This document shows, piece by piece, positions 58,606-64,000 of a stretch of DNA of 64,000 bases. The stretch covers positions 95,917 through 159,916 of the forward strand of contig CALXYB010000002.1 in assembly GCA_944392835.1 (NCBI GenBank), written 5' to 3'. The position numbers and the translations under genes were made by a program. The notes beneath the pieces were generated by a model that was given only the letters and a program-made list of their open reading frames with translations, was not told the origin of the DNA and did not search any database. Every line of letters starts with the position of its first letter. Within the stretch, counting starts at the first letter, position 1. Origin of the DNA: an uncultured Alphaproteobacteria bacterium (lineage in GTDB: Bacteria > Pseudomonadota > Alphaproteobacteria > RF32 > CAG-239).

Positions 58606-59478
58606 TCATTTCAAGCTCTCTGCATATTTTTTGCAGAAAAGCTCCAGCAAGTCCCGAACGGTGCTTTCGTCGGTGATTTCTTCCGAAAGCGTTTGGAAAA
58701 CTTGGACATTAAGTTCATCCTCTGTCCAGGCAACTGCCAAATCCCATTCCTGAGCACCGAACCCAACTGGGTGCAGCTCCTTAACTTTGTGAGCTAAGAA
58801 AGCTTCGTTGAAGTCTTTACCTACAGTCTGCGCATAGATGACAGCAGCTTTGGTCTTGAAGCGTTCTACCAGTTGTTCTTTGGTTGGCGGAAGAGCTTTT
58901 AAAACCCGAGCTCGGATATCCGAGATTTTTTCGTTGCCGGCACTGAAGTACTCAGCAATGTCATTAAAGGTTGCTTCTTGGTCCAAGTAAGCCAGCGGCT
59001 GGGTGTCTGCGGAGCTTAACGGACGGCCAGTTAAGTATTCCAGAGCTTCAACCAAATCAATCAGTAAAGTTCTTGGTATTGCCGGACTGTCAACCTTGCG
59101 TGCTAAATCACGCATGGAGCAACCGGACTTATCTATGAAGAATTTCTTGACTTCGTAGGCATCCTTAAATGCAAGGATACTATTCTCTTCGCCGGCATAG
59201 AATTTAACTATGCTTTCAAAGGTTAAATTCTTCTGAAAATAAGTCAAAGCCAATCGGTTGAATTTCTGATTGGTTTTTAAGGCAACAACCTTGACGGCAT
59301 TGCAAAAGTTTATAGCTCTGAAAAAAGCCGGGGCTTTCATCAGAACTTCACCAGCCTGTGAAGGGTCTTGAGCGTTAAACACAACGATGCCTTCGCTGTT
59401 TGCGTACATCGGTTTCAATTTCGGTGATCTGCTTACTAACTCCTGAGCCAGTAAAGCAGAGATTTCAAATTTGTTCAT
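58606..59478 (-). CDS. Hypothetical protein (290 aa), no recognisable domain
   Basis: Clean ORF with its own terminator. No motif recognised. Confidence 0.55.
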   Translation of the reverse strand: MNKFEISALLAQELVSRSPKLKPMYANSEGIVVFNAQDPSQAGEVLMKAPAFFRAINFCNAVKVVALKTNQKFNRLALTYFQKNLTFESIVKFYAGEENSILAFKDAYEVKKFFIDKSGCSMRDLARKVDSPAIPRTLLIDLVEALEYLTGRPLSSADTQPLAYLDQEATFNDIAEYFSAGNEKISDIRARVLKALPPTKEQLVERFKTKAAVIYAQTVGKDFNEAFLAHKVKELHPVGFGAQEWDLAVAWTEDELNVQVFQTLSEEITDESTVRDLLELFCKKYAESLK

Positions 59479-59561
59479 AATATATATATATTTTTAAATG
59501 TTACGAAAGGAAAATAGCACTTTGAAATTTTAAAATCAAGTGTTTATTTGGCGAAATTGAC

Positions 59562-59588
59562 AAAAAAGAGAGCCGGTAAGGGCTCTCT
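59562..59588 (-). terminator. Rho-independent terminator after the 191-aa hypothetical gene
   Basis: Stem agagagcc/ggctctct with a 6-nt loop and T/A runs on both sides. Confidence 0.6.
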
Positions 59589-59609
59589 TTGAATTTTTTT
59601 GTTCAAAGA

Positions 59610-60185
59610 CTATTCATCCGAGTAAAATTCTATCAAATCTTTGATAGTTTTTTTGAGGATGAAGTCTTCATTCGGTGCTTTTCCGAATCGTTCTTCGCAC
59701 CAGCGTAGTACAGTTCGGTAGAAGTTATAGTCTTGGAAGTCTGCCGGAAGCATCATGTTAATTTTGGTGCTTTCGTCCAAATCCTTAACTTCTTTGTTTA
59801 GACAATCGGCTAAAAATTGTTTTACTTGAGTAGCGGTTGTCTTTGGTTTCATCAATTCTGCCCGAATTAATGCTGAGGTTTTGGGGTCAGCGCAAAAAAA
59901 TTCGGCAAATTTTATGGCCGGTAAATCCTTTTCTTGTAAACGGCGCTCTACATAATCCCATTCGGCCTTGTTGTTGAGGGCAAATGAGCGGCATCTTGCG
60001 CGAGAGCGCATGAGGTCAACTATTTCCTTAAAATAAGGGAAAGATACGTTTCCTCCGTTCAAGGAAATCATCAAGCCTTCTACTTGCTGTTTGGTGAAGG
60101 CGGTCTTATGACGGATAATGTTAATTGCATCTCTCCGTCTTAATGTCGTTGTTGCCATAATATTAAGTTTTAAATTAGACATCAT
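59610..60185 (-). CDS. Hypothetical protein (191 aa), no recognisable domain
   Basis: Clean ORF with its own terminator. No motif recognised. Confidence 0.5.
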   Translation of the reverse strand: MMSNLKLNIMATTTLRRRDAINIIRHKTAFTKQQVEGLMISLNGGNVSFPYFKEIVDLMRSRARCRSFALNNKAEWDYVERRLQEKDLPAIKFAEFFCADPKTSALIRAELMKPKTTATQVKQFLADCLNKEVKDLDESTKINMMLPADFQDYNFYRTVLRWCEERFGKAPNEDFILKKTIKDLIEFYSDE

Positions 60186-60254
60186 AATTTGATTTTTGGA
60201 TTTTTCTTATATATCAGCTTTCTTTTAAAATCAACAAAAATCGACAAAAACACT

Positions 60255-61124
60255 TTAGAGGTGGCGAGCAAGCGCTAAATATTGCTCCGGTGTTAGTTCT
60301 TCCGCGCGCATTGTAAGAGAAATATCTATGCCCTGACAAATTTGTTCAATATTGGGAATTGATTTCAAACTTTGGCGAATCATTTTGCGCCGCTGACCGA
60401 AAGCTAAGGTTGTTAAATGTTCAATATTGGAGATGTCTTTTTCTGAAAGTCCGGAATGCAAAGGTGTAAATAATAACACAGATGACCAAATTTTGGGTGC
60501 GGGAACAAAACATTCCGGATTTAGGTCAAATAGCTTTTCTACTTTGCAAAGCAGCTGAGATAACACCGAAATGCGTCCGTAGTCCTTGGTCTTGGTTTTG
60601 GCCATGATACGTTCGGCGACTTCTTTTTGAAACATCAGGGTTAAGCTGGAAAATTTTTCAATATCTTTGAGCCAGTTTATGAGAAGCGGAACGGAAATAT
60701 TGTAGGGCAAATTGCTGACAATGTGCCGTGGCGCGTCAGTCATATTTGCCAGATTTTGCTTAAGAGCATCTCCGTTAATAATATCTAATCTTTCTCCGAC
60801 TTTGTCTTTGATGTCTTGCATAATCGCAATGCAACGCTCATCCATTTCTATGACCGTTAATTTTTCCGGTTCAGCACTTAAAATGGCTCGGGTTAAACCT
60901 CCTGGTCCGGGGCCGATTTCAAAGACATTAGCGCCATTGTAGTTGGCTAGATTTTGTCCGGCAAGTGATAGACGAATGATTTTGTCAGTAATGTTTTGGT
61001 CCAGCAAAAAATTTTGCCCGAGAGCTTTCTTGGCCATTAAGCCATGGGCCTCAACCGTGGTGCGAAGCGCGGGCAACATTTTTATTTTATCGGCTAAACC
61101 AACCATCTTACATCCTGACTTCAA
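60255..61124 (-). CDS. rsmA: 16S rRNA (adenine1518/1519-N6)-dimethyltransferase RsmA/KsgA
   Basis: SAM motif VFEIGPGPGGLT and NLPYNIS. Confidence 0.92.
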   Translation of the reverse strand: MKSGCKMVGLADKIKMLPALRTTVEAHGLMAKKALGQNFLLDQNITDKIIRLSLAGQNLANYNGANVFEIGPGPGGLTRAILSAEPEKLTVIEMDERCIAIMQDIKDKVGERLDIINGDALKQNLANMTDAPRHIVSNLPYNISVPLLINWLKDIEKFSSLTLMFQKEVAERIMAKTKTKDYGRISVLSQLLCKVEKLFDLNPECFVPAPKIWSSVLLFTPLHSGLSEKDISNIEHLTTLAFGQRRKMIRQSLKSIPNIEQICQGIDISLTMRAEELTPEQYLALARHL

Positions 61125-62199
61125 TGATAGCTTCTTGGCGGAGTTCTTGCAGATGTTTGGCCGCTATCTCTTCCATGCGGTTTTCTTCCAAAAACTTTTT
61201 AATATTTTCAGCTGTTGGGGTTTCGGCTTTGTCCTTTTTGGGGTCAAAGATTTTTTCAAGTTTTAAGATATAGTAATCCTGACCGACTTTGATGGGGTCT
61301 GAAACTTCTCCGACTTTTAGTTTTCCTAAAGCGTTTTTGAGCGGCGTTATCAGGCGCTCTTTGTTAATCCAGCCTAAATTTCCGCCTTTTGAAGAACTCG
61401 GAGCTTCAGAAAACTGCATGGCATAAAGCTCAAAGCGTGGGTCTTGTCTGAGATTGGAGACCAAAACGTCTAAGTTTTTAGCATTTTTATTTTTTATCAA
61501 AATTTCTGAGACCATATATTTTGGTGTGCTCAAATCCTTATCTGCTTCTTTTTGAGCTGTTTCTATTTCTTTTTGTGTCAGTTCACCCTGAGCCATTGAT
61601 AATTTGCGAATAACTCGTATCCAGGCTAAATCAGATTTCATCTGAGCTAAAAAGACATCATAGCTTACACCGCTTTCTTTTAAGATTTGTTTGAGCTTGC
61701 CTGTAGGAATCTTGTTGTTGGTTTCAAAAAATTTGACAGATTGATCTAGATCTTTCTCGGTGATGACAATGCCATTTTTTTCGGCATCTTGTAGTTTGAG
61801 TTTTTCATCAATAGCTGCTTGCAAGGTTCTTTGAACAATCATATTTTGGGTTTGTTCATTAACCGGAATACGCGTATTCATTATAAAGGCGTTGATACGG
61901 TTTTGTAAGTCTTCGGTGGTTATGATTTCACCATTGACAACAGCGACAATTCTGACAGCGCCGGAAAAGATTTTTTTTGGTTCGGGACGTGCAGGAGCTT
62001 CTTGTTTAGGGGCTATCTCCGGTTCTTTTTGTTTCATGACAGACGGTTGCTTTGGTGTGTCCGGCTCATTTTCATTCTGAAACATTACGGAGTTTCCTGC
62101 CGGTTTGTTGTTTTGGCCGATAGAAGAAAGATCTAAAGCTACAGCGGAAAATGCTGAAATTGTGCCAAGCAGAAAAGCCGTCGCAAAAATTTTTTTCAT
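61108..62199 (-). CDS. surA: Periplasmic chaperone / PPIase SurA
   Basis: Signal peptide, SurA N-domain and one parvulin domain (GGNLGWI). Confidence 0.85.
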   Translation of the reverse strand: MKKIFATAFLLGTISAFSAVALDLSSIGQNNKPAGNSVMFQNENEPDTPKQPSVMKQKEPEIAPKQEAPARPEPKKIFSGAVRIVAVVNGEIITTEDLQNRINAFIMNTRIPVNEQTQNMIVQRTLQAAIDEKLKLQDAEKNGIVITEKDLDQSVKFFETNNKIPTGKLKQILKESGVSYDVFLAQMKSDLAWIRVIRKLSMAQGELTQKEIETAQKEADKDLSTPKYMVSEILIKNKNAKNLDVLVSNLRQDPRFELYAMQFSEAPSSSKGGNLGWINKERLITPLKNALGKLKVGEVSDPIKVGQDYYILKLEKIFDPKKDKAETPTAENIKKFLEENRMEEIAAKHLQELRQEAIIEVRM

Positions 62200-62217
62200 T
62201 AACTTTCTCCTTTATTG

Positions 62218-64000
62218 TTATTTTGAACCAAATCCGCCCAAGGTTTTAAGGAAGAAGGAGACTGTAAATTCGTAATTTCCTTCATATTCCGGATCATTAG
62301 AATGGTAACGATGTATATCTGTAATGAGTTTTAAACATTCATCTTCATAAACGATTTCTCCACCGTGCTCAATAGAGCGTCCTTTGTAAGCAAGATCTTG
62401 TCTGTTATAAATAGTTAAGCTCCAGTCTTTTGTGAGTTTGGCGGTAAGAGAGGTGTAAAGCTCTTTCCTTTCTCTGGAATCATAGAAGGTATCTGCTGAG
62501 TTGTTTTTTTGCAGATGTATATAAGAGACATAACCTCTTAACATTTGTGGGCCGAAAGTAGCTCCTAGTTCGCTATAATTAAGTTCAAGGTCTTTTCTAT
62601 CTAAGCTAAAACGATAAGTTAAGTCTAGGTAGCTTGCTGGTGCGGCATAAATGCGGCCGACATAGTCCGTAAAGTTGCTGTCTTCATCAATACCTTGCGT
62701 AAAGCTTTCGTCTTTGTTGAATTTGTAACTTTGCGCAATGAAAGCAGAGGTTCGTCCCCAGACATTTCCGTAAGAACTCCAATTGATACCATAACTGATG
62801 CGACTACCTGTATCATTGCGGTCATAGCCCGGATAGCGGTCCAGATTTAGAATGTTGGCATCAGAGAGTTCAATATCCTGGCTGTCTTCGTTGGGAATTT
62901 TGTCGGCTTTATTGCCTCCGTTTGGTGCGGCAACAGCAACGACAACCGGTTCTAGAATTTGTCTTGTGTTTTCTGTTGCTCTGACAAAAGGTAAACGCCA
63001 TTCTAAGCCAACCTGAGGAAAAACACGCCCGACACTGCCAGAGAAATTTTCGTTTTCGTCATTTGTATAGTCGTCAATATAGTATAAATCGGACTTGACG
63101 CTGGCAACTAATCTGTATTTTTCGCCATAAGGGCTGGTATACGGCAGAACCCAAGAATTTATTATAGATGCACGTTGCGTGCTGACATCATCCTCACGAT
63201 AAACTGATGCAAAATCTAGGTTTGTTTTGGTGTAGGCACCATAAGGTCCGACATCGCTGATGTTTTCGTAAGAAATTAATGGTGCAACAAAGGGTTTGTT
63301 TAGGCTACGGCGGTTAAATTCGTTTTTGTTATATTCGCGCAAATTATAGCTGACTAGTTTGTAATAATAAGCTTCAACGGATGCATAGTTTCTGTTGTCA
63401 AAGCCTTGCATGCGCAACCGAGATGTAAGCCAAGTGTCGTCTTTGTCGGGCAAAGATAAGTCTTTTAGGTATAAGCTGTCTGAGGCATAATTGATATCAG
63501 CGTCGGCAAGCCAGAAATCATTTATTTCATAACGAGCTTTCATAAATAAGTTACCGCGATTTTTGTCTTTGTCTTCATCTTTTAGAATGGAGCCTTGAGC
63601 CTCAATGTTTCCATTGTAAAAGTATTTTCTATATTGGGCATCTAAGACAACGCCTTTATCGGAGCTAAATATAGGGGAAAGCAATAAATCCTCATTGTCT
63701 GAAATGTTCCAAAAATAACGAGGTTGTAAAAAGCCACCTAAATATGAGGAGCTTCCGAAACTGGGCATTATAAAACCTGAGCGGCGTTTTACGTTTGGGT
63801 CTGGGTGTGATAAAAATGGTGTATAAAAGACAGGGATGCCTTTTACTTCCAAAAAGGCATCATTGTAGTAAACGTTTTGGCTTTCGGCATCATGTTTTAC
63901 TTTACGGGCTTTTATTTGCCACAAAGGTTCTTTGGTTCGGCACACATCACAGGGGGAGTAAACAACTTTCTCCATTACTTTATTGTCATTGGCAAGTTTG
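62218..64000 (-). CDS. lptD: LPS-assembly protein LptD (OstA), C-terminal beta-barrel portion; N-terminus beyond window
   Basis: OstA_C-like barrel sequence. The ORF stays open to the window edge. lptD-surA-rsmA synteny supports the call. Confidence 0.85.
   Translation of the reverse strand, partial: KLANDNKVMEKVVYSPCDVCRTKEPLWQIKARKVKHDAESQNVYYNDAFLEVKGIPVFYTPFLSHPDPNVKRRSGFIMPSFGSSSYLGGFLQPRYFWNISDNEDLLLSPIFSSDKGVVLDAQYRKYFYNGNIEAQGSILKDEDKDKNRGNLFMKARYEINDFWLADADINYASDSLYLKDLSLPDKDDTWLTSRLRMQGFDNRNYASVEAYYYKLVSYNLREYNKNEFNRRSLNKPFVAPLISYENISDVGPYGAYTKTNLDFASVYREDDVSTQRASIINSWVLPYTSPYGEKYRLVASVKSDLYYIDDYTNDENENFSGSVGRVFPQVGLEWRLPFVRATENTRQILEPVVVAVAAPNGGNKADKIPNEDSQDIELSDANILNLDRYPGYDRNDTGSRISYGINWSSYGNVWGRTSAFIAQSYKFNKDESFTQGIDEDSNFTDYVGRIYAAPASYLDLTYRFSLDRKDLELNYSELGATFGPQMLRGYVSYIHLQKNNSADTFYDSRERKELYTSLTAKLTKDWSLTIYNRQDLAYKGRSIEHGGEIVYEDECLKLITDIHRYHSNDPEYEGNYEFTVSFFLKTLGGFGSK

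Overview
This 64 kb window looks like chromosome from a low-GC alphaproteobacterium; the GC estimate of roughly 38-40% is by eye, not computed. Almost all of it is densely packed core housekeeping genes.

Main gene blocks:
- **Replication, repair and replication-linked RNA:** polA (3' part), recR, ybaB, dnaX, a 4.5S SRP RNA gene (ffs), radA, nth, dnaQ, the nrdAB ribonucleotide reductase genes, secB and rho.
- **Ribosome/tRNA modification and partitioning:** rlmN, CCA enzyme, rsmI, tsaE, tsaB, tsaD, rsmG, mnmG, mnmE, rsmA, with parA and parB.
- **Envelope:** MlaEF-family transporter, LD-carboxypeptidase, AmpG, MltA, an LptF/G-family permease followed by a PAP2 phosphatase, surA and lptD.
- **Metabolism:** HPr-kinase-like protein, coaE, gmk, cysK, tyrC, aroK.

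The window contains the classic alphaproteobacterial origin-proximal cluster parB-parA-rsmG-mnmG-mnmE ... rho | coaE-dnaQ. Two perfect parS sites lie inside rsmG and mnmG. The 0.5 kb AT-rich rho/coaE intergenic region carries repeated DnaA-box-like 9-mers and a perfect CtrA box, so I propose it is the chromosomal origin. The hemE/RP001/maf/aroE genes that usually surround the alphaproteobacterial origin are missing.

Two insertions into this otherwise universally conserved cluster stand out:
- A tightly packed PHP-phosphoesterase + tandem HD-phosphohydrolase trio sits between mnmG and rsmG, apparently in the mnmG operon.
- An AT-rich four-gene block lies between mnmE and rho: a HAD hydrolase, a membrane protein, LdcA and a 611-aa orphan protein.

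Other notable items:
- An archaeal/eukaryote-type ADP-dependent sugar kinase-family gene is coupled to an FGase-like amidohydrolase.
- A membrane-anchored SNase-like nuclease lies next to parB.
- A PAS-only sensor remnant follows tsaB.
- A short repeat family occurs after nrdB and after xerD, and two orphan genes lie between xerD and rsmA.
- hemC/hemD are missing from the usual tsaD/HemX/HemY locus, and pdxA is missing from lptD-surA-rsmA.

I saw no CRISPR arrays, IS elements or tRNA genes.
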